This document shows, piece by piece, positions 9,684 to 18,849 of a DNA stretch of 64,000 nucleotides. The DNA comes from an uncultured Chloroflexia bacterium (lineage in GTDB: Bacteria; Chloroflexota; Limnocylindria; Limnocylindrales; CSP1-4): contig OY970218.1 of the NCBI GenBank assembly GCA_963713975.1, positions 1,056,001 to 1,120,000 on the forward strand. The letters run 5' to 3'. The stretch's first letter is position 1; the number at the start of each line of letters is the position of its first letter. Both the position numbers and the translations under genes were made by a program. The notes below the pieces were generated by a model. It saw only the letters and a program-made list of their open reading frames with translations. It made no database searches and was not told the origin of the DNA.

Positions 9684-10331
9684 TCAGCCGGCAATCCCGA
9701 GCGCGATGGCCACCAGGCCGAATGCCCCGATCAGCACCGCCGAGCCTGTGTTCAGCCAGCGCACCGCTCGCGGAGTCAGGCGGGCTCGCAGGCCGACAAT
9801 CAGGCCAGTGAGCAGCGCCCACCAGGCGACGGATCCCAGGAACACGCCGGAGACCACGGCCACGGCCCCCGCGGGTCCCCCGGTGCCGGCGCCGATGCTC
9901 GCGAACAGGGCCGCGAAGCTCAGGATCGTGGCCGGGTTGGTCAGCGTCAGGCCGACCATCGACGCCCATGCCCCCGGGTTGCCGCCCCGGGGGGCGGCCG
10001 AGACCTCCACGGGATTGGCGCCAGCAGCCGCATCGGCACCTGTGGCACGGGCCGCCCCCAGGGAGCTGGCCGCCAGCGCGACCAGCACTCCGCCGCCGAC
10101 GATGCCCAGCAGCTGGTCGACGCCCACCAGCAGCTCCGTGATCGCGGTCAGCCCGAATGCGGCTACGGCCGCGTACGCGGCGTCGGCGGTCGCGACACCA
10201 AGCCCGGATGCGAATCCGAACGCCCAGCCCCGGTCAACGGTGCGGCGGATCACGATCAGGCCGATGGGGCCAAGGGCGAACGCGATGGCGAACCCGATCG
10301 CCAGGCCGCGCAGGAACAGGTCGAGGGTCAC
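9684..10331 (-). CDS. LysE/RhtB family translocator
   Basis: LGPIG, GLGVATADAAY and LTLTNPATI motifs; about 6 TM helices. Confidence 0.85.
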   Translation of the reverse strand: MTLDLFLRGLAIGFAIAFALGPIGLIVIRRTVDRGWAFGFASGLGVATADAAYAAVAAFGLTAITELLVGVDQLLGIVGGGVLVALAASSLGAARATGADAAAGANPVEVSAAPRGGNPGAWASMVGLTLTNPATILSFAALFASIGAGTGGPAGAVAVVSGVFLGSVAWWALLTGLIVGLRARLTPRAVRWLNTGSAVLIGAFGLVAIALGIAG

Positions 10332-10413
10332 GGTCGGGCACTCTCCGACAGGGCGGGCGAGCCCTTGACGCAGCGCCCCGCCGGTCGGCGCGGGCGCCTG
10401 GGCGGTGCCGGCG

Positions 10414-12321
10414 TCAGGGTGTGGGCGACGGCTTGGGCGCCGCGGTCCCCTTGCCCCTGAGCACGACGCCGGTGATGGTCGCGTAGTGTGAGTAGTACGT
10501 CTTCTGCCGGAGCTTCTTGCCGTTCTCGTACACGGTGACAGTCCGCCACACGTCGAACCCGTTCACCGGGTACTCGACGCGCTCGGACTGGCCGGGGCGG
10601 AGGCTCGAGGTGTACTGGACGGAGTCCGTGGCCGTGTGCCGGTTCTTGATCGTCGGGGCACTGATCACGACCTTGCGTCCGACCGGCACGCTGTACAGCT
10701 GGAACGTCACATAGCCGATGCTGCCCTTGCGGGTGTTGATGCCGCGGATCAGCACCGGGTACCTGGTGTCGTTGGTCCAGCTCATGGTCTGCTTCGAGCC
10801 GCCTCCGGAGATGAACACCGTCGCATCGAGGCCGACCGGGTAGCGGTCGATGTAGTAGTAGTGGTTGCGGCGGGCGCCCATCTTGTAGCCGGCCCGGAGC
10901 GCCGCGTTGAACAGCGTCGTCGAACAGGAGCAGATCCCGCCGGCGAGCGCCCCCTGGGGCGCGGTCCTGCCGTCGATGATGGCGCCGCCCTGCTTGTAGC
11001 CCTGCTCGCGGGTGACCGGCCCGGTGGCCTTCCAGAAGTCGAAGGTCTCGCCCGGCGCCACGACGTAGCCGTTGATCAGCCTGGCCGGGATCCAGATGTT
11101 CGCGCCGAAGCCGTTGTTCACATAGATGTGGAACCACGTGGTCCACCTGCCCTTGGGCAGCGCCTTCATCTTCGGGGCGACCGCCTTGGCCTCCGCGGTG
11201 GTGAGGACGGGCTCGGTGATCGCGACCGCGGGCTCGATCGGCCCGTCGGGCGTTCCGGCCTGGCGAGCCGCAAGGGCGCCCATGACGAGGCCGCGGGTCG
11301 CCTCCACATCCAGCTTCCTGCCCTCCCGGCTCGCGGAGCCCGCGACGACCTTGCCCCCGGACAGCTTGAGGCCGGCGTTCGCCACGGCCTGGTTCACATC
11401 CTTGGCGATCGGCTTGACCAGCGGATCGATCCCGGTCTCGTCCACCACAACCTCGACGGTGCCACCGGCGGCCGGCGCGAACGAGATCAACTTCCGGAGC
11501 TTCTTGCCGGGGATCGTCCACGACGCGTCGCCTCGGGTGAGCACGAGGTCCTGGCCCATGCGGACGGCGGCGGTGGTCGCGGCCTCGACGTCGGCACTCT
11601 CGGTGTCGGGCGCGCTCGTGGTGAACGGGATGTCGATGCGGCCGTCGGCCGGGGCGTCGACGCGCGAGAGGGCCTCGTCAAGGGCCGCCAGCAGCGCTTG
11701 CTGGTCCACGGTCCGACCCTCGACGGAGGGGGTGGTGCTGTACGAGCCGTCGTCGGCCACGGCCAGAGTTGCATTGACGGGCTCGCGATCGATCGTCCTG
11801 GCGATCGCGGCGACCGCCGCCGCGAGGAGCGCCGGGTCGTGGGTGACTGCCGGCGCAACGGTCGCACCGCGGATCGCGGTCTGCGGTGCCCCGATGAGGT
11901 CCGCGACCGGCTGGCCCAGGCGCCCTGCCGCCATGGCGGCGGCGAGCATCGCATTGGTGTCGGGTCCGCGGCCGAGCTCGCTGAACGAGATCGTGGCTTC
12001 GCGGTCGGGGCCGGCCAGCGTGATCGTCCCGGCGCCGAGCGTCCCGTGGGCGCCACCGATCGCGGCCGTGGCCGCCTCGGGCGTCATGCCCGAGAGGTCC
12101 ACGCCACCGGTGCTCACGCCCGGCAGGATCCTGCCGGTGTACTGCTGGCCGTAGGCGTAGAGCCCGGCACTGCCGACTCCCACGACGAGCAGGGCACCCA
12201 GAACGAACGCGATCGCGAACCTGGCGCCGAGTGCCCGGCCGCGGTGCGAAGGAGGCGGCGCGACGGGCTCAGGGGACGCCGGAACGGCTTCGGTGGGCGC
12301 CGGGGTGGATTCGGTGGACAT
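10414..12321 (-). CDS. VanW-domain protein with peptidoglycan-binding repeats and G5-like tail
   Basis: N-terminal TM; PGETFDFW, GGICSCSTTLFNAAL, RRNH and YPVGLDATV motifs. Confidence 0.8.
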   Translation of the reverse strand: MSTESTPAPTEAVPASPEPVAPPPSHRGRALGARFAIAFVLGALLVVGVGSAGLYAYGQQYTGRILPGVSTGGVDLSGMTPEAATAAIGGAHGTLGAGTITLAGPDREATISFSELGRGPDTNAMLAAAMAAGRLGQPVADLIGAPQTAIRGATVAPAVTHDPALLAAAVAAIARTIDREPVNATLAVADDGSYSTTPSVEGRTVDQQALLAALDEALSRVDAPADGRIDIPFTTSAPDTESADVEAATTAAVRMGQDLVLTRGDASWTIPGKKLRKLISFAPAAGGTVEVVVDETGIDPLVKPIAKDVNQAVANAGLKLSGGKVVAGSASREGRKLDVEATRGLVMGALAARQAGTPDGPIEPAVAITEPVLTTAEAKAVAPKMKALPKGRWTTWFHIYVNNGFGANIWIPARLINGYVVAPGETFDFWKATGPVTREQGYKQGGAIIDGRTAPQGALAGGICSCSTTLFNAALRAGYKMGARRNHYYYIDRYPVGLDATVFISGGGSKQTMSWTNDTRYPVLIRGINTRKGSIGYVTFQLYSVPVGRKVVISAPTIKNRHTATDSVQYTSSLRPGQSERVEYPVNGFDVWRTVTVYENGKKLRQKTYYSHYATITGVVLRGKGTAAPKPSPTP

Positions 12322-12423
12322 CGGAGCGATCTCTGAGATTGGAACGGGAGCGGATCCTAGCAGGGTCGTCCAATCGGGGCCCGCGAACGGACGTCCTGGG
12401 CCCCTGTGTGACTCCCCGGTCCG

Positions 12424-13458
12424 CTACGGGTTGCGCGGCAGGACGACCACGCGCCGGTTCGGCTCCTCGCCGATCGACTGCGTCGAGACTCCGTCGTTGT
12501 TGCGCAGGGCGAGATGGATCCAGCGGCGCTCGAGGGCCGGCATCGGCTCCAGCTGGAGCATCTTGCCCGTCTCGACGACGCGGTCGGCCGCACGGGTCGC
12601 CAGGTCGGCGAGCTGGCGCTCCCGCCTGCCCCGGTAGTCCTCGACGTCGACCAGCACACGGGTCCACTGGCCGGTACGGCGCGAGAGCATCAGGTTGACC
12701 AGGTGCTGCAGCGCCGAGAGGCGCTCGCCCTTGCGGCCGATCAGGGATCCCAGCGCCTCACGATCCGGGCCGTCACCGACCACGTTGAGGCGGCTCGTCT
12801 CACCCTCGCGGATCTCGACCGTGACGCCCTCGAAGCCCAGGTGGCGCATGACGGTCTCGAGGATCTCGCGACCCGCGGCCAACGCCTCGGGGGTCGCCTC
12901 CGCCGCCTCGAGCTCTGCACGCTCCATGGCGAGTGAGCCGCGCGCGGTGGTCACGGCAGCGACCTCGGCAGCAGAGAGCTCGGAGCCGCCGGGCGCCGGG
13001 CGGTTGTCGCTACGCGGCCCCTGGTCGCCGACAGGGCGGTTTGCGGGGGCGCGGCGCGGGCCGCGGTCGCCGGACGGACGGTCACCGTACTCGCGACGCG
13101 GGCCACGATCCTCACGGGGACCCCGATCGCCGTACTCGCGACGCGGGCCGCGGTCGCCGGACGGACGGTCACCGGACGGACGGTCACCGTACTCGCGACG
13201 CGGGCCACGATCCTCACGGGCCGGCGGGGGGGGCAGGGGCTTGGATTCGGCTGCCTCACGCTTGGGGGCGGAGCCGCCGAGCGCACTGCGGGGCGCGGCG
13301 ACGATCCGGGCGGGCTCGGCACCCATGCCCAGCACGCCACGGCTGCCGGGCGTGAGGATCTCGAAGTCGAGATCCGCCAGCCCGACGCCAAACTGGTCGC
13401 AGGCGGACTTGATGGCCTCCTCGACAGACTTGCCGGTGAAATCCTGGTACTCGCTCAT
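12424..13458 (-). CDS. khpB: RNA-binding protein Jag/KhpB (EloR)
   Basis: GKSVEEAI Jag_N domain, KH (LIGRKGERL) and R3H (ERRWIH); located downstream of yidC. Confidence 0.92.
   Translation of the reverse strand: MSEYQDFTGKSVEEAIKSACDQFGVGLADLDFEILTPGSRGVLGMGAEPARIVAAPRSALGGSAPKREAAESKPLPPPPAREDRGPRREYGDRPSGDRPSGDRGPRREYGDRGPREDRGPRREYGDRPSGDRGPRRAPANRPVGDQGPRSDNRPAPGGSELSAAEVAAVTTARGSLAMERAELEAAEATPEALAAGREILETVMRHLGFEGVTVEIREGETSRLNVVGDGPDREALGSLIGRKGERLSALQHLVNLMLSRRTGQWTRVLVDVEDYRGRRERQLADLATRAADRVVETGKMLQLEPMPALERRWIHLALRNNDGVSTQSIGEEPNRRVVVLPRNP
13055..13220 (-). repeat. In-frame tandem repeats in the jag linker (GDRPS/GDRGPRREY/REDRGP)
   Basis: Near-identical DNA blocks such as tcaccgtactcgcgacgcgggccacgatcctcacggg occur twice. 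Confidence 0.85.
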
Positions 13459-13459
13459 A

Positions 13460-14635
13460 TCAGCGTCGTCTCCCTCGTCGGCCACTCCGCTTGCGGGTGG
13501 TCCGGATCGTCGATTGGGCAGAGAGGTCCCGGTCGGGGGCTTTGGTGGGCTTGGGGGCGCGTGTGGGTTCGGATGCGACGATTGGCTTGGGCTCCGGGGG
13601 CTTGGTCACGAACCGAGGCGAGTGGTTGCGCGCGAAGGCCGGGTGCCAGCCGAACAACGGGAACATCCCGCCCCAGCCAAGGAACAGGTACTGCTGGACC
13701 GACTGGATGAGCGTGGAGGCGATCCAGTAGAGGAACAGCCCAGCCGGGATGATGCTGCCGTACAGGATCGAGATCAGCGGCAGGAAGTAGGCCATCTGGC
13801 GCTGGATCTTGACGTTCTGGTCGTCCGCGGTGCGGGGGTCGTGCGGCGGCAGGGCCATGCGCGACTGGACCAGCTGGAGCAGGGACGACACGATGGCGAG
13901 GATGCTGATGCCGAACCCGAACAGCTTGAGCCCCGTCGTGTCGGGCTCGGGGATTCCCCAGTTGATGCCGAAGGCAAAGGGTTCGAGGCAGGCGTTGACC
14001 ACGTGGCCAGTCGTCGGGTTGAAGATCGGCTCGGGCGGGCAGATGATCCCCGGGAACAGGTTGACCCCGAAGACGTGCCACATCGCGCTCGGGTCGTAGT
14101 TGGTGAGGCCCTGGCTGATGACCGAGTACATCGGGATCAGCAGGCCCATCGTCAACAGCGTCGGCAGGCAGCCACCCGCCGGGCTGATGCCCCGCTGCTT
14201 GTAGTACTCCTGGGTGGCGGCCTGCTGCTTGACGCGATCGCCCTTGTACTTCGCCTGGATCGCCTTGATCTCCGGCTGGAGCAGCTGGGTCTGGCGCGAG
14301 GAGACGAGCTGCTTGCGCGTGAGCGGCGTGGTCAGGACCTTGAGGACGACCGTGAGCAGCAGGATCGCAACGACGATATTGCCCGTCAGCTCATTGAAGA
14401 ACGTCAGCGTGATGAACAGGGCCTGGAAGATCGGCGTGAACAGCCAGGCCAGCAAGCTGACCGGGTCCGCACCGGGCTGGGCAGGCTCGAGCGGAGCCTG
14501 GCTGGGAATCGGCGTGGCGGAAGCGGACCCCCCGGGGCCGACGGTGCCCGGCACGCAGGCCGCGACGACCATGGCGACGGCGACCAGGAGCAGGAGGGGC
14601 GCCAGCCGGACGAGGAGATTCTGGAGGCGGGTCAC
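13460..14635 (-). CDS. yidC: Membrane protein insertase YidC (lipoprotein-type N-terminus)
   Basis: VAAC lipobox; LQPEIKAIQAKY, GGCLP and PAGLFLYW motifs. Confidence 0.92.
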   Translation of the reverse strand: MTRLQNLLVRLAPLLLLVAVAMVVAACVPGTVGPGGSASATPIPSQAPLEPAQPGADPVSLLAWLFTPIFQALFITLTFFNELTGNIVVAILLLTVVLKVLTTPLTRKQLVSSRQTQLLQPEIKAIQAKYKGDRVKQQAATQEYYKQRGISPAGGCLPTLLTMGLLIPMYSVISQGLTNYDPSAMWHVFGVNLFPGIICPPEPIFNPTTGHVVNACLEPFAFGINWGIPEPDTTGLKLFGFGISILAIVSSLLQLVQSRMALPPHDPRTADDQNVKIQRQMAYFLPLISILYGSIIPAGLFLYWIASTLIQSVQQYLFLGWGGMFPLFGWHPAFARNHSPRFVTKPPEPKPIVASEPTRAPKPTKAPDRDLSAQSTIRTTRKRSGRRGRRR

Positions 14636-14651
14636 GCGGTTCTTCTATCCG

Positions 14652-14870
14652 TTAGGGGACCGGGTCATAGCCGCCCGGGTTCCAAGGATGACACCGGCCG
14701 ATGCGTCGAGCGCCCATCCAGCTCCCGCGCAGCAGCCCGTATTTCTGGATCGCCTGCTCGGTATAGCGCGAGCACGTTGGTTCGAAGCGGCAGTCCGAGG
14801 GCAGCCAGGCGAACACGATGCGGTACAGGCGGATGAGCCTGACCCCGATCGCGATCCCGACGCGTCTCAC
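14652..14870 (-). CDS. yidD: Membrane protein insertion efficiency factor
   Basis: [10 protein letters not shown] and [14 protein letters not shown] motifs. Confidence 0.93.
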   Translation of the reverse strand: MRRVGIAIGVRLIRLYRIVFAWLPSDCRFEPTCSRYTEQAIQKYGLLRGSWMGARRIGRCHPWNPGGYDPVP

Positions 14871-15241
14871 GACTCCGTCAGACCTCCGAGCACGCCTCCC
14901 GAACGGAGGACCCGGCCTAGTGCCCCGACCAGTGCGTCATGGTCGGCTTCGACGATCGCGGGCCGGGCGATGATGAGGACGTCCCAGCCTGGCTGGAACG
15001 AGGGCGCCATCACCCTGAGCACCTCGCGGACCCGGCGCCTGGCGCGGTTCCGGACAACGGCTCCTCCGAGCCGCTTCCCGGTCGCGAGCCCGAACCGGGT
15101 CTGGTCAAGGTCGGTCCGGACGAAGCGTCCGACCAGCAGTGGGTGCGTCCTTGCGACGCCTCCGGCCGCCAGCCTGGCGAAATCGCCCGGGCGGGAGAGC
15201 ATGACGACGCGCAGCGGGTTGTGACTGCGCCCGTCGATCAG
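14867..15241 (-). CDS. rnpA: Ribonuclease P protein component (start at CTG 15241 or ATG 15202)
   Basis: [28 protein letters not shown] motif; lies between rpmH and yidD. Confidence 0.9.
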   Translation of the reverse strand: MIDGRSHNPLRVVMLSRPGDFARLAAGGVARTHPLLVGRFVRTDLDQTRFGLATGKRLGGAVVRNRARRRVREVLRVMAPSFQPGWDVLIIARPAIVEADHDALVGALGRVLRSGGVLGGLTES

Positions 15242-15375
15242 GCCGAGAGCCGCTTCCGGCCCCTCGCGCGTCGCGTCGCGAGCACACGCCGGCCACCCGC
15301 TGTCTTCATGCGGGCGCGGAACCCGTGCTCCCGGGCGCGATGTCGCTTCTTGGGCTGGAATGTCGGCTTGCCCAT
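15238..15375 (-). CDS. rpmH: 50S ribosomal protein L34
   Basis: [45 protein letters not shown]. Confidence 0.96.
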   Translation of the reverse strand: MGKPTFQPKKRHRAREHGFRARMKTAGGRRVLATRRARGRKRLSA

Positions 15376-15489
15376 CGGGACTGTCCGTGATCCTCTCCGT
15401 CCGGCCCCGGGACCCGGAAACTCCGACCCCAAGAGGCACGCAAACGCGCCGAGCGCCCTGAAGCGCGGCGGCGCGTGTTCGTCGGGGGG

Positions 15490-15519
15490 ATGATATGGCG
15501 CACGCCGAACGAGTGTCAA
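15490..15519 (-). promoter_or_regulatory. Putative rpmH promoter TTGACA-18-TATCAT
   Basis: Consensus -35 and near-consensus -10 upstream of rpmH. Confidence 0.6.
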
Positions 15520-15847
15520 ACCACGCGACGGCCGCTGGGTCATGCGCTCGCGCGGGGCGCCTCCTGGCGGGCCGGCCGGTAGTCAGAGGCGCCCGGCTGG
15601 CCCTGGTCGGCGTGGCTCCGCACGATACTCCATGGGAGTATGCGGGAATCGCCTTGCGACCCCTCGCGAGGCCGGTGTATTGTTCCCGAGCCTGAGGTGC
15701 CGGGCGAGGAGGGAAACCTTCTCGGTAGAACCCGTAGCCGCCACGGGAACGGCGCTCCGGGATCCATCGGTCGGCAGGTGCTCGTCCTGCTCCCTGGTCA
15801 CACATTACCCATCGCAGCCCCCGTCAGACAGGAACCTGATCGAACGA

Positions 15848-17212
15848 ATGGACGCGAAGCAGGTCTGGCGTGCGGCCCTCGGCGAGCTGCAGGTCTCCTT
15901 GTCGCCCGCCAACTTCGAGACCTGGCTTCGTGACACCCACCTCGTGGAGGTGGACGACCAGCGGTTCCGAATCGCGGTTCCCAACGGGTTCGCCAAGGAC
16001 TGGCTGGACACCCGCTACCGCTCCCTGATCTCCCAGACGCTCGCCCGGGTCGTGGGCTATAGCGTCCAGGTCGAGTTCCTCGTCGCCGGGGTCGGCGAGG
16101 CCCAGGCGCAGGCCGCAACGGTCGCGGCCCAGCCGGTCCGGGTGGAGCCGACCCGGGTCGGTGCGCCCGAGGGTGCCGGCGGTGGCGCGACCAACCTCAA
16201 CGCCCGGTACACCTTCTCGAACTTCATCGTCGGGTCCGCGAACAGGCTCGCCCATGCCGCGTCGCTGTCCGTGGCGGAACGCCCGGGCCATGCGTACAAC
16301 CCCCTGTTCCTGTACGGCGGAGTTGGCCTGGGCAAGACCCACCTGATGCACGCGATCGGCAACGCCGTGGTCGCCAAGTTTCCGCGCAAGCGCGTGGCCT
16401 ACGCCACCTCGGAGAAGTTCACCAACGAGTTCATCACCTCCATCCAGCAGGGCAGGATCGACGAGTTCCGCGCCCGCTACCGCCGGATCGACCTGCTCCT
16501 GATCGACGACATCCAGTTCATCGCGGACAAGGAGCGGACCCAGGAGGAGTTCTTCCACACGTTCAACACGATCCACGAGGACGGCAAGCAGATCGTGCTG
16601 TCGTCGGACCGGCCCCCGAAGGCGATCCTGACCCTCGAGGAGCGCCTGCGCAGCCGCTTCGAGTGGGGGCTGATCGCGGATCTCACCGCGCCGGACCTGG
16701 AGACCCGAATCGCCATCCTGCGGGCCAAGGCGGAGGATCAGGGCACCCCGATCACATCCGACGTGATCGAGTTCATCGCGCGCAAGGTCGTGTCCAACAT
16801 CCGGGAGCTCGAGGGCGCCCTCAATCGCATCGTGGCCTATGCGTCCATGGGGGCGATGCCGATCTCGATCGAGTTGGCCCAGGCGGTCCTCAGCAACGTG
16901 CTCTACAACCCCAAGAAGCGGCAGGTCACGCCGGAGCGGATCGCCAAGGCGGTCTCGGACTACTACGGGGTGGGCATGGACGCCCTGCAGGGCCAGAAGC
17001 GCGAGAAGAGCATCGTGGTGCCGCGCCAGATCGCGATGTACCTGATGCGCGAGGAGACCGACGTCTCGCTCCTGCGGATCGGGGCGGAGCTCGGCGGGAG
17101 GGACCACTCCACGGTCCTGCATGCCTGCGGCAAGATCAACCGCGAGATCCAGGTCAACGACGAGATGCGGCGCGAGGTCGCAGCCGTGCGCGAGCTGATC
17201 TACTCCGACTGA
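15848..17212 (+). CDS. dnaA: Chromosomal replication initiator DnaA
   Basis: YTFSNFIVG, YNPLFLYGGVGLGKTHL, LLIDDIQF and GGRDHSTV motifs. Confidence 0.98.
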   Translation: MDAKQVWRAALGELQVSLSPANFETWLRDTHLVEVDDQRFRIAVPNGFAKDWLDTRYRSLISQTLARVVGYSVQVEFLVAGVGEAQAQAATVAAQPVRVEPTRVGAPEGAGGGATNLNARYTFSNFIVGSANRLAHAASLSVAERPGHAYNPLFLYGGVGLGKTHLMHAIGNAVVAKFPRKRVAYATSEKFTNEFITSIQQGRIDEFRARYRRIDLLLIDDIQFIADKERTQEEFFHTFNTIHEDGKQIVLSSDRPPKAILTLEERLRSRFEWGLIADLTAPDLETRIAILRAKAEDQGTPITSDVIEFIARKVVSNIRELEGALNRIVAYASMGAMPISIELAQAVLSNVLYNPKKRQVTPERIAKAVSDYYGVGMDALQGQKREKSIVVPRQIAMYLMREETDVSLLRIGAELGGRDHSTVLHACGKINREIQVNDEMRREVAAVRELIYSD

Positions 17213-17733
17213 CCAGCTGCGCCCCCGGCCCGCCGGCTTGCACCGCCCTGCGCTTCCTGTCGCCCGTGATCCCCTGCCTCCGCATCCCTGCCCGTGTCGC
17301 CGCGTGGCTCGCGCGCGGCGACTGGTCCGACGGGTCTGTGGATCGATCGCCGGAAACGCGTGGACAACCCCCGATTGGCGTGGACCACTGTGCCCCGTAC
17401 CGGGGATCGCCCGGCGGGTGATCCGGGTGTCTGGCGCCCCCCTGTGGATGGTTGCCGGTCGATGGCCTGGTCGTGCACACCCAGGGCCCCAACCCATCAC
17501 CGGGTCATCCCCATCCCTCCACGGCGGGGTTCGTCACGCCCACAGCGCTCCCCCGCACAACCAAGCGTGCCAATCCACCGTTTCCACGGCAATATGACGG
17601 TGATGACGGAGTGAGAAGATAGAACCCTCATTTCACTTCCTGTCCCGCGCGCGCTCCGCGCCCTGCGCGCGCACCTGTCAGGTGAGACCACCCGCGAACC
17701 CGCTACCCGCCCGAACACTGGAGACAACCCAAC
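17213..17733. other. Probable oriC (dnaA-dnaN intergenic region)
   Basis: About 520 bp with several degenerate DnaA boxes (TGTGGATCG ~17337, CGTGGACAA ~17359, CGTGGACCA ~17379, TGTGGATGG ~17443, CAATCCACC/GTTTCCACG ~17571-17588) and an AT-richer patch at ~17590-17642. Confidence 0.7.
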
Positions 17734-18849
17734 GTGAAACTCTCGGTCATGCAGGAGAACCTGGCTCGCGGCCTGTCCGTGGTCTCGCGGGCGGTGTCGA
17801 GTCGCAGCACCCTGCCGGTGCTCGCCAACGTGCTTATCCGCACAGAGGACGCCGGCCTGAAGCTGACCGCGACCAACCTCGAGATTGGGATCACCTACTG
17901 GGTGCCCGGCAAGATCGAGACCGACGGCGCGACGACCGTGCCCGCACGCCTGCTGGCCGACCTCGTCGGCAGCCTCCCTGCCTCCGAGAAGGTCGACCTC
18001 GAGCTCCAGGGGACCGACACGCTCCACCTGCGATGTGGCCGCTTCGCCACGCACGTCAAGGGCATCGATGCCGATGAGTACCCCACCATCCAGACCGCGG
18101 GCGAGCGACCCACGACCCGGATCACCCAGAAGGTCCTGAGGCAAGCGCTGGAGGAGACGATCTTCGCCGCCGCCAGCGACGAGGCGCGCCCGATCCTCAC
18201 CGGTGTCCTTGCCCGTTTCGAGGGCAGCCGCCTCACCCTGGCCGCTGCCGACAACTACCGCATCGCGGTTCGGACGATCGACATCCTCGACCCGGTCGAG
18301 GCCGTCTCGGTCGTCATCCCTGCGCGCGCCCTCACCGAGCTGCACAGGATCCTGGCCGACACGGACGATGCCGTGGAGCTGGTTCTGGCGCAGGCGCGCA
18401 ACCAGGTGCTGTTCCACCTCGACGGCATCGACCTCATCTCGCGTCTCATCGACGGCCAGTTTCCCAACTACCAGCAGGTCCTGCCGGCAGAGCATGCGAG
18501 CCGTGCGGAGTTCGATCGCGAGGAGCTCCTGCGAGCCGTCCGGCCGGCCGCCTTGATCGCCAGCTCGTCGGCCAACATCGTCAAGCTCGAGGTGGGCGGG
18601 GATGGCGCCGGCGTGACGGTCACGGCCACGGCCGAGGTGGGCGACTACTCGGGCGACGTCGAGGCGACGGTCGAGGGGGACCCGACGACCATCGCCTTCA
18701 ATGCCCGGTACCTGGCCGATGTCCTGGGCAACGTCGGGGCGGACCGGTTCTCGCTCGAGCTCAACGGGCCGCTCTCGCCGGGCGTGTTCCGGCCAGTCGG
18801 CGATGCGGACTACGTTCACGTCGTGATGCCCGTGCGGACGACCTCCTGA
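17734..18849 (+). CDS. dnaN: DNA polymerase III beta clamp
   Basis: STLPVLANV, ATNLE, RPILTG, RLIDGQFPNY, AFNARYL and VVMPVR motifs. Confidence 0.97.
   Translation: MKLSVMQENLARGLSVVSRAVSSRSTLPVLANVLIRTEDAGLKLTATNLEIGITYWVPGKIETDGATTVPARLLADLVGSLPASEKVDLELQGTDTLHLRCGRFATHVKGIDADEYPTIQTAGERPTTRITQKVLRQALEETIFAAASDEARPILTGVLARFEGSRLTLAAADNYRIAVRTIDILDPVEAVSVVIPARALTELHRILADTDDAVELVLAQARNQVLFHLDGIDLISRLIDGQFPNYQQVLPAEHASRAEFDREELLRAVRPAALIASSSANIVKLEVGGDGAGVTVTATAEVGDYSGDVEATVEGDPTTIAFNARYLADVLGNVGADRFSLELNGPLSPGVFRPVGDADYVHVVMPVRTTS

Noticed and set aside
10414-12321. Vancomycin resistance locus
   Set aside because: A VanW domain alone is widespread, and no vanHAX/vanRS genes are present.
13055-13220. 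Repeats as a possible CRISPR array
   Set aside because: They are in-frame coding repeats without unique spacers, and there are no cas genes in the window.
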